From contig DIWH01000070.1 in the NCBI GenBank assembly GCA_002423485.1, positions 25,429 through 89,428 of the forward strand: a DNA stretch of 64,000 nt. Direction: 5' to 3'. A model generated the notes under the pieces. The model worked only from the letters and a program-made list of their open reading frames with translations, was not told the origin of the DNA and did not search any database. The first letter of the stretch is position 1. Every line of letters begins with the position of its first letter. This document shows positions 47,142-57,190 of the stretch, piece by piece. The translations under genes were made by a program, and so were the position numbers. This DNA comes from Candidatus Xenobium occultum. GTDB taxonomy: Bacteria > Vulcanimicrobiota > Xenobia > Xenobiales > Xenobiaceae.

Positions 47142-48593
47142 TCAGACGATCCGGAAACGATCGACCAGGACGCAGCGACGCTGCCTGGTGAAGGAGCGCG
47201 CCGAGGTCATCCCGTCCCCGGTGGTCCCGGCGATGGTCAAGGTGGTGTGGCCCTCCCCACCAAAGCCCAGCCCGGCGTAGCTCGGGCCGTTCTTGACGAA
47301 GATGTTGGTGTTGACCAGACGCGCCATGCGCGACAGGTTGTCGACATTGCGTGAGTGCATGACGGCCGTATGGTAGCAACGCCCTTCGGCTTCGACAGCC
47401 AGGGAAATCGCTTCGTTGACGTCGCGAACCCGGACCACGGGAAGCACGGGCATCAACTGCTCCTCCCGCACCAGGGGATGGTCTGCCGGAGTCTCGGCCA
47501 GCAACAGCCGCGTCTCGCGGGGCAGGTCCAGGCCGATCATCTTGGCGATGTCGGAAGCGTGCTGACCGACCAGGTCGCGATTCAGGACCACCCCGGTGCG
47601 GCCGACGGCCGGAGGCTGGAAGATGAGCCGGGACAATTCCTCGAGCTGACGGGGGTTCAGCAGATGACAGCCCTCCCCCAGAGCCTTCTGGAGGAACTCG
47701 CGATACACCGACTCGACGACGAAGACCACCTTCTCGCAAGAGCACATCACGTTGTTGTCGAAGGAGGCGCCAGCCACCGTGTCCCGGGCTGCCTGGGCCA
47801 GATCGGCGGTCTCATCCACCACCACCGGTGGATTCCCAGGCCCGGCGGCGATGCACTTCTTGCCCGACCGCATGGCCTCGTGGACCACCCCAGGGCCGCC
47901 GGTCACCACCAGACAGTCGATGCCGGGGTGCTTCATCAGGGCCTGGCTGGTCTGCTGGGTGGGCTCGGCCACACTGTTCAACAGGCTTTCCGGTCCACCC
48001 GAGCGCGCGATTGCCCCATTGAGCAGGACCATCATCTTCAGGCAGCAGCCCTTGGCACGGGGGTGGGGATTGAAGACCACGGCGTTGCCGGCGCACACCA
48101 TGCTGATCGAGTTGTTGATGATCGAGGCCACGGGGTTGGTGGTCGGGGTGATCGCCCCGATCACTCCGAAGGGCGCCAGCTCCATCAAGGTCAGGCCATG
48201 GTCCCCCGTGTAGACGGTGGGCTCGATGTCCTCCAAACCCGGGGTCTTGTGGATGGCCACCAGGTTCTTCTGATACTTGTCCTCGACGCGGCCCATCCCG
48301 GTCTCGGCGCAGGCCAGCTCCGCCATGGCCCGCGCGTTCTCCAGGGCAACCTCGCGCATGGCCCGGACGCACGCAGCCCGCTTCTCCAGAGGCAGTTCCA
48401 TCCAGCGCTGCTGGGCCTGCCGAGCGGCGGTCACGGCCTCATCCAGGGTCGCGAAGACACCGGCGCGCGGATCCGGAGGGGGGGCCCCGAACGAGGTTGG
48501 CGGCGGCGGCGCGGCCGCCAGGGTGGCTCCCGCCGTGCAGCGACGCACGACCTCTTCAACGATCCGGGCGATCTGGGCTCGATCCACGTCCAT
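47142..48593 (-). CDS. CoA-acylating aldehyde dehydrogenase (EutE/PduP-like) with an N-terminal encapsulation peptide
   Basis: Catalytic Cys region VMCSCEKV and an ALDH fold. The N-terminal amphipathic helix MDVDRAQIARIVEEVVRRC is followed by a Pro/Ala linker. There is a strong AGGAGG SD. Confidence 0.9.
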   Translation of the reverse strand: MDVDRAQIARIVEEVVRRCTAGATLAAAPPPPTSFGAPPPDPRAGVFATLDEAVTAARQAQQRWMELPLEKRAACVRAMREVALENARAMAELACAETGMGRVEDKYQKNLVAIHKTPGLEDIEPTVYTGDHGLTLMELAPFGVIGAITPTTNPVASIINNSISMVCAGNAVVFNPHPRAKGCCLKMMVLLNGAIARSGGPESLLNSVAEPTQQTSQALMKHPGIDCLVVTGGPGVVHEAMRSGKKCIAAGPGNPPVVVDETADLAQAARDTVAGASFDNNVMCSCEKVVFVVESVYREFLQKALGEGCHLLNPRQLEELSRLIFQPPAVGRTGVVLNRDLVGQHASDIAKMIGLDLPRETRLLLAETPADHPLVREEQLMPVLPVVRVRDVNEAISLAVEAEGRCYHTAVMHSRNVDNLSRMARLVNTNIFVKNGPSYAGLGFGGEGHTTLTIAGTTGDGMTSARSFTRQRRCVLVDRFRIV

Positions 48594-48614
48594 GGTCTTC
48601 CTCCTGAAGGGGCG

Positions 48615-48914
48615 CTAGTGGGCGTCCTTGCGGTAGACGGTTTGACCTTCCATGTCGATGGTATCGACGATGGCCATGATCACCGCATCCACCGGGGTGT
48701 TCTGGGTCTGCGAGGTCTGACGCGCGGAGCTTCCGGCCACGACCAGGACGATCTCGCCCTGCCCGGCCCCCACCGAGTCCACGGCCACCAGGGGCTTGCC
48801 CTCCCCTTTCAGGGTCAGGTAGTCCACGGCCTGGACCAGGTGCAGCTTGGCCCCTTCGAGTTTGTGGTCCTTCTGGGTGCACACCACGGTGCCCAGGACC
48901 CGTGCCACGATCAT
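48615..48914 (-). CDS. BMC vertex (pentamer) protein, EutN/CcmL/PduN family
   Basis: MIVARVLGTVVCTQKD...PLVAVDSVGAGQGEIVLVVAGSSARQ. There is an ATGA overlap with the upstream gene. Confidence 0.85.
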   Translation of the reverse strand: MIVARVLGTVVCTQKDHKLEGAKLHLVQAVDYLTLKGEGKPLVAVDSVGAGQGEIVLVVAGSSARQTSQTQNTPVDAVIMAIVDTIDMEGQTVYRKDAH

Positions 48915-49687
48915 CGGAAACGCACCTCGATCCCGTTGCGGCTGGCGGTCTCCCGAGCCAGCGCGGTGACGATGCTGCCGGTGGCGACCTCCAGGACCTT
49001 CTGGCCGGCCTTTGCGGCAGCCAGGACATCCTCGTTGGTGACCACATCCCTTCCCCCTGAGGCCGAACCCGCCAGGCGAGACACTCCCTGAGAGAGGTGG
49101 GTGGCGATCCGCGCTGGAGGCTCCAGGCGCAATCCCATGCCCTGGACCGTGCGGACGTGCCCCTGGACCACCGCCAGGATCCCGCCAGGGATGCGGGAGG
49201 AGTGCCGGGTCAAGCGCTCGGCGTCGTCCCCTCCCGCCAGGACGGGAACCCCTTGAATCAGACCTGCCACAACGGCCGCCGTTGGGGGCGAATCCACCAA
49301 CAACAGGGCGGTGCGAGCCAGCACGTCCAGCGGGGCACAAGGCAGCACCACGGCCTCAACCGACCGGACCAGATCGTCCCACACCTCAGGCGGAGGGACG
49401 ACCTCATCCGGGCAGCGACCGAGCCCTTTGGTGATCCGGTCTACGGGATAGCCGGGCCAGTCCACCCCCACCCAGCGGACTCCTGCGACGGAACGCAGGG
49501 CCTGCCAGGCAGGGGTCTCCGCAGCCGCACCGGGAGCCCCGCACAACAAGATCCGACGGCCAGGCGAAACCAGGGCCTGGGTTTGGATCGATGGCGTGGG
49601 TGCAGGTTGTGCCCCCCCGACCGCAGATTGGGCCAGCACTTCGACCACCCGCTCCGTGATCAGGGCGATCAGGGAGTCGTGGTCCAT
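48911..49687 (-). CDS. BMC-associated protein of unknown function with an N-terminal encapsulation-peptide-like helix
   Basis: MDHDSLIALITERVVEVL helix then a Pro-rich linker. The C-terminal VVTNEDVLAAAKAGQKVLEVATGSIVTALARETASRNGIEV motif (VxTxxDV...TPLARD-like) could not be assigned to a known family from memory. Confidence 0.55.
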   Translation of the reverse strand: MDHDSLIALITERVVEVLAQSAVGGAQPAPTPSIQTQALVSPGRRILLCGAPGAAAETPAWQALRSVAGVRWVGVDWPGYPVDRITKGLGRCPDEVVPPPEVWDDLVRSVEAVVLPCAPLDVLARTALLLVDSPPTAAVVAGLIQGVPVLAGGDDAERLTRHSSRIPGGILAVVQGHVRTVQGMGLRLEPPARIATHLSQGVSRLAGSASGGRDVVTNEDVLAAAKAGQKVLEVATGSIVTALARETASRNGIEVRFR

Positions 49688-49701
49688 CGCTCAGGCGCCG
49701 G

Positions 49702-50010
<309 letters not shown>

Positions 50011-50159
50011 CTCTGTGCCTACCGCCTTTCAGGACGTTCTCCCGTCGCTGCGTCAGCGAGGGAAACAAGACTTTTCTGGCCTGTGACCCGACATTCCGGC
50101 CACAGGGACGCGCTCTGCGTTCGACGGGGTGATTCGGGTTCCTCCAGCCCGCAGAGGAC

Positions 50160-51059
50160 TCACTCGTAACCCAGGGCCCTCAGCCAGTCCGTGCGATCGC
50201 GCCAGTCGGGCTTGACCTTGACCCACAGATCCAGGAAGACCTTCTTGCCCAGAAGAGTCTCCAACTCGACGCGGGCCAGACTCCCGATCTTCTTGAGCGT
50301 GGCTCCGTTCTTGCCGACCAGGATGGCCTTCTGCCCCTCGCGCTCGACGTAGACCAGAGCACGAATGAACCAGGTGGAGGGATTGTCGCCTGGACGGAAC
50401 TCTTCCAGCCGGACGGCCACCGAGTGGGGAACCTCCTGGCGCGTGGTCAGCAACACCTTCTCACGGATGATCTCCTCCGCCAGGAGTTCCTGGTTCTGGT
50501 CGGAGACCTGGTCGGGTGGGAAATAGGGGTCCCCCAGTTGAAGCCGGGACAGCAGGCCGTGAACCAAGGGATCCAGATTCTGGCCCTCGAGCGCCGACAG
50601 GGGAAAGACCTCCTCGAAATCGGCCAGCCCCTGATAGGCCACGATGCGAGGCAACAGGGCCTCCTTGGGCTTGACCAGGTCCACCTTGTTGACGACCAGC
50701 AGCTTGCTGGCCTGGACCCCGGCCAGGAATTCGCCGACCCGGCGATCCTCGTCCGTCGGCATGTGGGTGCCATCGGTCACCAGCACCACGACGTCGGCCT
50801 CCCTCCCCTCCGTCTGGGCGGACTCCAGCATGCGCTTGCCCAGCACGTGCTCCGCGAGACAGAAGCCCGGGGTATCGACGAAGACCATCTGGTGCCCTGG
50901 ACCGTGGCGGACCCCCAGGATGCGCCTTCGGGTGGTCTGGGGCTTGGGCGAGGTGATGGCCACCTTGGTGCCCACCAGACGATTGAGCAGGGTGGACTTG
51001 CCCACGTTGGGCTTTCCTATCAGGGCGATGAAGCCACTGCGAAATTCAGACTGGCTCAT
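50160..51059 (-). CDS. era: GTPase Era
   Basis: G1 GKPNVGKST, G3 DTPG, G4 NKVD and a C-terminal KH domain. Only the last 299 codons of the 712-aa track ORF are taken. Confidence 0.9.
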   Translation of the reverse strand: MSQSEFRSGFIALIGKPNVGKSTLLNRLVGTKVAITSPKPQTTRRRILGVRHGPGHQMVFVDTPGFCLAEHVLGKRMLESAQTEGREADVVVLVTDGTHMPTDEDRRVGEFLAGVQASKLLVVNKVDLVKPKEALLPRIVAYQGLADFEEVFPLSALEGQNLDPLVHGLLSRLQLGDPYFPPDQVSDQNQELLAEEIIREKVLLTTRQEVPHSVAVRLEEFRPGDNPSTWFIRALVYVEREGQKAILVGKNGATLKKIGSLARVELETLLGKKVFLDLWVKVKPDWRDRTDWLRALGYE

Positions 51060-51877
51060 GACGGTTCGAGGCTCCCTTCCACGACCTGGTCGTAGCACCA
51101 ACGCGAAATCCGGGCGATGCGGTTGTCCACTTCCCAGGGTTCTCTGCCTTTTCGGGTCAAGACCGCCAGAACCCAGACCTTCCCACGGTCCTCCACGAGA
51201 CCCACGTCGTGGCGGACCCCTTCCAGTTCCCCGGTCTTGTTGTAGATCCGCGCACTGTAAGGAAGCCTGGCCGGAATCTTCTCGCGATACTGCTGGCGGG
51301 ACAGGATTTCCAGGGCCTCCTCGCGCCAGACTCCCTGGAGCACGTCGCCTTCCCACAGGGCGCGCAGGATCCGGACGCAATCTGCCGCGCTGGTCAGGTT
51401 GTCGCCTGCTGGCCCGGGCGGGTGCATGAACTTGCGGTTGAGCGCCGTGTTCCTGGCCCCAAGCCGGCCCAGGAGACGGTTGACCGAGTCGAATCCGAGC
51501 CGATCCAGAAGCAGATTGGACGCGGTGTTGTCGCTGACCACGATCATCAAGCGCGCCAGATCGCGCAAGGTCAATCGCAAGCCCGGATGCAGCTCGAAGA
51601 GAATCCCGGCGCCTCGAACCTGATCCCGAGCGCGCAGGGGCACCAGGGTCCCAGGGTCCTCCTCTCCCTCCTGAAAACGGCGGAAAAGTTCCAGGAGGAT
51701 CGGAACCTTGACGACGCTGGCTGCGGGGAACACCTCGCCGGGCCGGTGCACCCAGCCACGGCTTCCATCCAGGGGTTCCAGGGCCACCGCAGCCTCGGCA
51801 GGGAGGCGCGCCAGCTCCTCCTCCAGGCGTTCGGTGAGGCGATCGGGCCAGGGGAGGATTTCCGTCGAATCGGGCAT
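51056..51877 (-). CDS. class A beta-lactamase-like serine hydrolase
   Basis: SVVK (SxxK), SDN and KTG motifs in the correct order and spacing, 273 aa, no signal peptide. Confidence 0.7.
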   Translation of the reverse strand: MPDSTEILPWPDRLTERLEEELARLPAEAAVALEPLDGSRGWVHRPGEVFPAASVVKVPILLELFRRFQEGEEDPGTLVPLRARDQVRGAGILFELHPGLRLTLRDLARLMIVVSDNTASNLLLDRLGFDSVNRLLGRLGARNTALNRKFMHPPGPAGDNLTSAADCVRILRALWEGDVLQGVWREEALEILSRQQYREKIPARLPYSARIYNKTGELEGVRHDVGLVEDRGKVWVLAVLTRKGREPWEVDNRIARISRWCYDQVVEGSLEPS

Positions 51878-51921
51878 CGCCCCCGATTCGCCCCCCCGGG
51901 GAGCCGTCCTGCCCTGCAGGA

Positions 51922-53805
51922 TCAGGACGCGCTAGGCAGACGCTGCGCCTTCTTCCGCGTCCGCGCGCCCAAGACCTCGGGGCGCGTCGTGCTGCGCGGG
52001 ATCCGCTGACGCAACTGACGCCGGATGAAGGTGGCGGTTTCCTCGTCAGGCCCCTCGCGAAGGGCCTGGCGGAGTTCCTTGCGTCCCTCCTCCGCACGCC
52101 CCGCAGAGCAGAGCGCCGCCCCCAGCCAGGCGCGGGTGTCGGCGCGCTCGGGCTGCTGGAGCAGGGCCTGCTCAAACCTGGCGATGGCCGGGTCGAACCG
52201 ACCTTCACGACACAGGACCCTCCCCAAGGCATACAGCAGCTCGCCGTCCAGGGGATTCTGCTGCAGAGCGCTCTCGAAAAGCACGGCCGCCTCGCCAAGG
52301 CGCCCCTCGTCGAAGAAGATCCACCCCAGGTTCAGGGCCGCCTCGGCGAACCCCGGGTCCAGGCGAAGGGCACGCTTGTAGGACTCACGAGCCCGCTCAG
52401 GTTCTTCCAGGTTCTCGTCCACCCAACCCAACTGGAAGCAGGCCGGTGCCGAGTCGGGCTCCAGCCGACACGCCTCCTCCAGGACCTGCCGGGCCCTCGA
52501 CCACTCGCCACGGCTTCCGTGGACGGCGGCCAGGAGCTCGAGCAGCGGGGCCTGGGCTCCCTGATGTTCCAAAGCCTTGCAGACCCAGGCCTGGGCCTCG
52601 TCCAGACGCCCCTGGCGCAGGCAACACAAGGCCAGACGGGTTTCGACCTCCTCCTGCAGCCCGGGATCGAGCTCCAGCGCGCGGAGCAGCTCGACCTCGG
52701 CCTCGGGCAACCGACCGGCCTGGAAGAGGGCCTCCCCCAGAAGCCAGCGGGCCTGGCCCCAGGAGCCGGCACAGCGCTGAAGGCTCTCGATGGCCAGGGC
52801 CAGGCTGCCCCGTTGCAGGTACAGACGCCCCAGGCCAAAGGCGGCCGGGTCCCGCAACTCCTGGACCTGCCCGTGCAGAACCTGCAGGAAATCCTCTTCG
52901 GCCTGATCGGAATTCCCCGTGTGGAAGCGGCACCATCCCAACTGCAGGCGGGCGGTCAGGTAGCCAGGGTCCTCCAGCAGCGTCTGCTCGAGAAGCGCCG
53001 TGCTCTCCTCCAGACGTCCCTCCGCAAAGAGAGCCGACCCCATGCCGCTCATGGAGCTGGCCAGGCCCGGTGACAGATCCAGGGCTTCCCGGAATGCCGC
53101 CAGGGCCTGTTCGGTCCGCCCCAGGTCCAGGCACGTCCACCCCAGGGCGTCAAAGCACGAGGCGTCGGTGGGGTCCAGGGCGATGGCCTGGCGGGCCACC
53201 TCCTCGGCGGCCTCCAGGCGGCTGCAACGATACAGCAGCCGGCCCAAGGCGAGGTGATAGGCCGCCTTCTGCGAGTCCAAGGAAATGGCGCGACGCAGCA
53301 GACGCTCGGCGGTTTCGTCATGGCCCTCGCGAGCCTCGACCAGCCCCAAGCCATACAGGGCTTCGGCACAGGTTGGATCCAGGGTGTGCGCGTTCTGGAA
53401 CTGGGCCCGGGCATCCGAAATGAGGTCCATGCGGCAGAAGGCATGCCCGGCTCGGAGGCAGCGCCGCACGATTCGGCGGCGCCGGTTCGGACTCAGTTCT
53501 GGCCGAGGCTCTGAAGGAATCCCCCCCGGAGGAATCGGCATGGATCGTGGGGCACCATAGTACAGGTGCTCGACGTATTCGATTTGCTCCGTCTGGAGCA
53601 GGCTGCGGACGCGGGCACAGGCGGGAGTCAATTCCTCCTTGGCCAGTTGCAGCAGCAGACCAGGCCGTCCCCGATAGGACAACACCTGACGTACACGGTC
53701 GCGGGGCAGTTCCGCGAGGACTTCACGCAGGTTGGACAGGATGCGGTCGAGACGACCCTCCTCCAGATCCTCGGGATGGGGCAACTCGAAGACGATGGCT
53801 TTCAA
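51922..53805 (-). CDS. TPR-repeat protein with an N-terminal ~90-aa domain of unknown function
   Basis: Twelve or more TPR units spanning residues ~130-600. Confidence 0.7.
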   Translation of the reverse strand: MKAIVFELPHPEDLEEGRLDRILSNLREVLAELPRDRVRQVLSYRGRPGLLLQLAKEELTPACARVRSLLQTEQIEYVEHLYYGAPRSMPIPPGGIPSEPRPELSPNRRRRIVRRCLRAGHAFCRMDLISDARAQFQNAHTLDPTCAEALYGLGLVEAREGHDETAERLLRRAISLDSQKAAYHLALGRLLYRCSRLEAAEEVARQAIALDPTDASCFDALGWTCLDLGRTEQALAAFREALDLSPGLASSMSGMGSALFAEGRLEESTALLEQTLLEDPGYLTARLQLGWCRFHTGNSDQAEEDFLQVLHGQVQELRDPAAFGLGRLYLQRGSLALAIESLQRCAGSWGQARWLLGEALFQAGRLPEAEVELLRALELDPGLQEEVETRLALCCLRQGRLDEAQAWVCKALEHQGAQAPLLELLAAVHGSRGEWSRARQVLEEACRLEPDSAPACFQLGWVDENLEEPERARESYKRALRLDPGFAEAALNLGWIFFDEGRLGEAAVLFESALQQNPLDGELLYALGRVLCREGRFDPAIARFEQALLQQPERADTRAWLGAALCSAGRAEEGRKELRQALREGPDEETATFIRRQLRQRIPRSTTRPEVLGARTRKKAQRLPSAS

Positions 53806-54110
53806 TCGTTCCTCCCGAGCGAGGCGATGAACCGAGGCTCCTGGCCCACAAACAGGCCGCCAGAAGACCCTTATTGAAAGATTTTAGCACAGACAATAGA
53901 CCGGGTCAGCCCGAACACAAGATTGGGTTTCAACGCCGCCAAATCGATGAATGGCAGCGTTTCGTCCAGATTCAGGGGGTGGTTTCCCCTCGAACATCGT
54001 GAAAATTTTTCCTCACCTGCACGCTCTGAGAAGCCCCAGTCCAGGCAAGAAAGGACAAAGGCCCCCCGGCCCGGAGCCGGGAGACCTTTGCGTGCAGCGG
54101 GAATCAGCGA

Positions 54111-55691
54111 TCAGGAGACCGCGTCGGGACCCTCCAGGGCGATGGGGGGTTCGGCCTCTTTCTTCGCGACGGGAGCGGCCGCCTTCGAAGGCTGAGGGGT
54201 GTCCTTGACCTTCTGGCCCAAGCCGGGCAATTGAGCGGCCAGGACGCCGAGGTCGATGCCCGTCAGGGCTTCCAGAACCGCAGGCATCTGGGCCACCACG
54301 TCGGTGACGTCCCGAGTCAGGCGGGAAGCCCCACCACCGCCCTCGCCCGAGTTGATCATCACGATCTTCTCGGTCTTGGCCAGAGGCGCCGAGATGGCGG
54401 AGGCAATCTCCGGCATGCGATCGATCAGCATCTGCATGATGGCCGCCTGGTTGTAGGTGCTCCAGGCCGACGCCTTCTTGACCATCGCTTCCGCTTCCGA
54501 AAGACCCTTGGCCCGAATGACCTCGGCCTCGGCCAGACCCTGGGCCCGACCCACTTCGGCGTGCGCCAGACCCTGGGCCTTGTCGGCAGCGGCCTCCGCT
54601 TCGCCCTGCTTCTGGCGAATCTCGGCGCTGGCGAAACCGGTCAGACGATTGGCCTCGGCCTGACCTTCGGCGGTGGTCTTCAGCTTGAACTGCTCGGCGG
54701 TGGCCAGCGTCTGGATCTCATACTGCTTGGCCTCAGCCGGCTTGCGCACGGTGGCCACCAGTTCCACTTCGCGACGTTCGGCCTCGCTCTTCTGGACCTG
54801 GATCTGCTTCTGCTTCTCGACCACCTGGATCTGGACTTCCTGCTCCTTGACCTTCTGGGCCGAGATGTTCTTCTGCAAGTCGTAGGACAGGTCGGCTTCG
54901 GCTTCGCGCTGCTTGGAGGCGATGTTGAATTCCGCCTGCTGGATGCGGAAGTCCCGGTCCTTCTCGGCAATCCGGGTCTTGGCCTCGATCTTGGCGACCT
55001 CGGCCTCCTGGCTGGCTCCGGCGGCGGCCTTCTGGGCGTCACGGGCGGCATTGGCTTCCGCGATGGCGGCGTCGCGCTTGACCTCCGCGGTGCGCGGCTT
55101 GCCCAGGGCAGCCAGGTAGCCTTGATTGTCCTTGACGTCCTTGATCGAGAAGGAGTCGATGGTCAGACCCATGTTGGCCAGGTCTCGACTAGAGACTTCG
55201 GCCACCTTCTGGGCAAACTCGTCTCGAGCGGTGATGATCCCCTCCACGTTCATCTGGCCGATGATCGCGCGAGTGTGACCCTCCAGGGTCTGCTTGACGA
55301 TCTCCTTGATCTCCATCGGACTCTTGGAAAGGAAGCGTTCCAGGGCCAGTCGGACCATGTCCGGCTCGTTGCGGACCTTGACCTGCGCCACCGCATCTAT
55401 AATCACCGGAACCCCCTGGGCCGTATAGACCTCGGGAGTCAACAACTCGATGGTCATGGTCTCCAGGGAGAAGCGATCCACCCGCTCGAAGAGGGGGATG
55501 ACCAACTGACCCGAGCCGATCACCAGGCGCGGCTCGCTGCCGCGGCCGGAGATGACCAGCACCTCGTTGGGACTGGCCTTCTGGTACATCCGGGCGTAGA
55601 TCATCACCACGACGAGGACGACCGCAAAGAAACCGACCACGCCGAAAAGGATCAGACCTGCCGTTCCACCGGGAACTGTCGAAATATCCAT
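54111..55691 (-). CDS. flotillin (SPFH/band-7 family, FloT/YuaG-like)
   Basis: N-terminal membrane anchor, the SPFH domain, a long EA-rich coiled coil and a strong AGGAGG SD. Confidence 0.85.
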   Translation of the reverse strand: MDISTVPGGTAGLILFGVVGFFAVVLVVVMIYARMYQKASPNEVLVISGRGSEPRLVIGSGQLVIPLFERVDRFSLETMTIELLTPEVYTAQGVPVIIDAVAQVKVRNEPDMVRLALERFLSKSPMEIKEIVKQTLEGHTRAIIGQMNVEGIITARDEFAQKVAEVSSRDLANMGLTIDSFSIKDVKDNQGYLAALGKPRTAEVKRDAAIAEANAARDAQKAAAGASQEAEVAKIEAKTRIAEKDRDFRIQQAEFNIASKQREAEADLSYDLQKNISAQKVKEQEVQIQVVEKQKQIQVQKSEAERREVELVATVRKPAEAKQYEIQTLATAEQFKLKTTAEGQAEANRLTGFASAEIRQKQGEAEAAADKAQGLAHAEVGRAQGLAEAEVIRAKGLSEAEAMVKKASAWSTYNQAAIMQMLIDRMPEIASAISAPLAKTEKIVMINSGEGGGGASRLTRDVTDVVAQMPAVLEALTGIDLGVLAAQLPGLGQKVKDTPQPSKAAAPVAKKEAEPPIALEGPDAVS

Positions 55692-55705
55692 AAACCGGGT
55701 GCCTC

Positions 55706-56263
55706 CTAGACTTGACGATCGACCCTGCTGACGACCAGGGTCGGCCCCACACTTCTGTCGATCCGGACGGGAATGCCCGCGGGGATCGCGACCCCATCGG
55801 CTGAACGGGCCAGGGCCTTCTGCTGACCGCGACCGTCCCGATATAGCACCTCCCCCACGCCGCCTTCGGGGATCGCCGTGAAGACCTCGGCCGCGAGGCC
55901 GTCCACCTTCTCCGACCGCACCACGGCCCCGCCGCGCACGAAGAGGCGGTAGAAGAAGTAGGACAGCACGGTCATGCTGACCGCAGCGGCCAGGATGGAA
56001 TACAGGATGCTGCGCATGGGCGAAACCCCGAGCCCATGCATGAGGATCAGGCCGAAAGCCCCCAGGCTGGTGGTGAAGAAAGCCAGGCTGATGGGGCTGA
56101 GGAAACAGCCTCCGCCATCGTCGCCTCCCACGTCCGTCCCGCCATCTCCCCCGTCGCCTCCAAAGACGAAGGCGACCCCGCAGAAAAGCAGGCCCGCCAG
56201 CACGAAGCCCCCATAGACCAGGGTCAGGTTCAACCCCTCGACGGCATCTCGGATGGTCTCCAC
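55706..56263 (-). CDS. NfeD-family membrane protein (flotillin partner)
   Basis: Membrane-spanning N-terminal half and a C-terminal OB-fold beta-domain (GEVLYRDGRGQQKALARSADGVAIPAGIPVRI). It is adjacent to flotillin as usual. The GTG start has a GGGAGG SD. Confidence 0.65.
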   Translation of the reverse strand: METIRDAVEGLNLTLVYGGFVLAGLLFCGVAFVFGGDGGDGGTDVGGDDGGGCFLSPISLAFFTTSLGAFGLILMHGLGVSPMRSILYSILAAAVSMTVLSYFFYRLFVRGGAVVRSEKVDGLAAEVFTAIPEGGVGEVLYRDGRGQQKALARSADGVAIPAGIPVRIDRSVGPTLVVSRVDRQV

Positions 56264-56338
56264 GCGCCTACCTCCCGCAAACATGGCGAGGTTCGCAGGA
56301 CCGGGCGGCAAACCTGCCTTCAGGGGCCGACCGCCGAA

Positions 56339-56749
56339 TCAGTCTTCAGGCAAGGCCCGGGGACCCTCCCCCGGATCCTCCTCGGCCTCCGCCTCGGTCG
56401 GTTTCGGGTCGCGGGGAAGGAAGGGGTCCGGAAAAAGCGGCGAGATCCCACTATAGCGACAACGCCGGTCCGCCTGATAGCAAGGCACGATGTTCTCGCA
56501 GTAGATGGCCCCCTCGGGCCCTTTGTGGTGAGGGCCCTTGTAGTCGGGGAATTCCACCAGGACCGTGACGTCCATGTCCAGCAGATAGCAATGCTTGACC
56601 TGGGGTTCCAGGGCCTTCTGACGCAGCGCCTGGGCAACCTGGCGCGACTTGCCCGCCCTCACGTGTTGCAGGGGACTGGCCTCCTCGAACGTTGACGCCC
56701 TCCGGGGGCGCCCGACCTTGCCATTATACAGATCCGAATCGGGCCCCAC
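56339..56749 (-). CDS. hypothetical Cys/His-containing protein
   Basis: Only ORF in the gap between nifU and nfeD. It has a GTG start. KHCYLLDMDVTVLVEFPDYKGPHHKGPEGAIYCENIVPCYQADRRCRY has four Cys and several His. No family was recognised. Confidence 0.35.
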   Translation of the reverse strand: MGPDSDLYNGKVGRPRRASTFEEASPLQHVRAGKSRQVAQALRQKALEPQVKHCYLLDMDVTVLVEFPDYKGPHHKGPEGAIYCENIVPCYQADRRCRYSGISPLFPDPFLPRDPKPTEAEAEEDPGEGPRALPED

Positions 56750-56827
56750 AATCGAAGGGGCGAACCAGGGGGCAGATCCGGACAGCCGACCAGGAACATC
56801 GACCTTCCTGGGTGGATGCTTCTTGGC

Positions 56828-57190
56828 TCAGGAACCGACGACTCCCCCCAAAGCTGCTGTCAATGTCTCCAAGGCCAGGGCCGCGCCGTGGGTCTTGGAG
56901 GCCGGCAACCCGCCCAGGGCCTCGACGAGGTCCCCAGCCTCCAGAGCCAGGATCTCGGTCAAAGGAAGGCCTCGGACCGACTCGGCGAGCATGCTGGCCG
57001 AGGCGATGGCGGCCGCGCATCCGAAGGCACGGAAGCCCACCTCCTCCAGGCGGTCCTCGACCACCCGGGTCCAGAACTCGACCACATCTCCACAGACCGG
57101 ATTCTCCAGACGGGCGTGACCGGTCGCCGCGGACACCTCGCCGACATGACGAGGATGGTGGAAGTGGTCCAGAACGATCGGGCCATACAT
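56828..57190 (-). CDS. nifU: NifU/IscU-type Fe-S cluster assembly scaffold (N-terminal domain type)
   Basis: Three conserved Cys in CGDVVEF...GCAAAIAS context. An ATGA overlap with nifS suggests coupling. Confidence 0.8.
   Translation of the reverse strand: MYGPIVLDHFHHPRHVGEVSAATGHARLENPVCGDVVEFWTRVVEDRLEEVGFRAFGCAAAIASASMLAESVRGLPLTEILALEAGDLVEALGGLPASKTHGAALALETLTAALGGVVGS

Noticed and set aside
45592-47745. Upstream 200 codons of the 717-aa ORF
   Set aside because: They overlap the aldehyde dehydrogenase gene out of frame. The membrane glycosyltransferase starts at GTG 47139.
50160-52298. 712-aa minus-strand ORF
   Set aside because: It is a read-through frame. The real genes are era (50160-51059) and the beta-lactamase-like gene in a different frame. 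The N-terminal 400 aa are Pro/Arg/Gly-rich low complexity.
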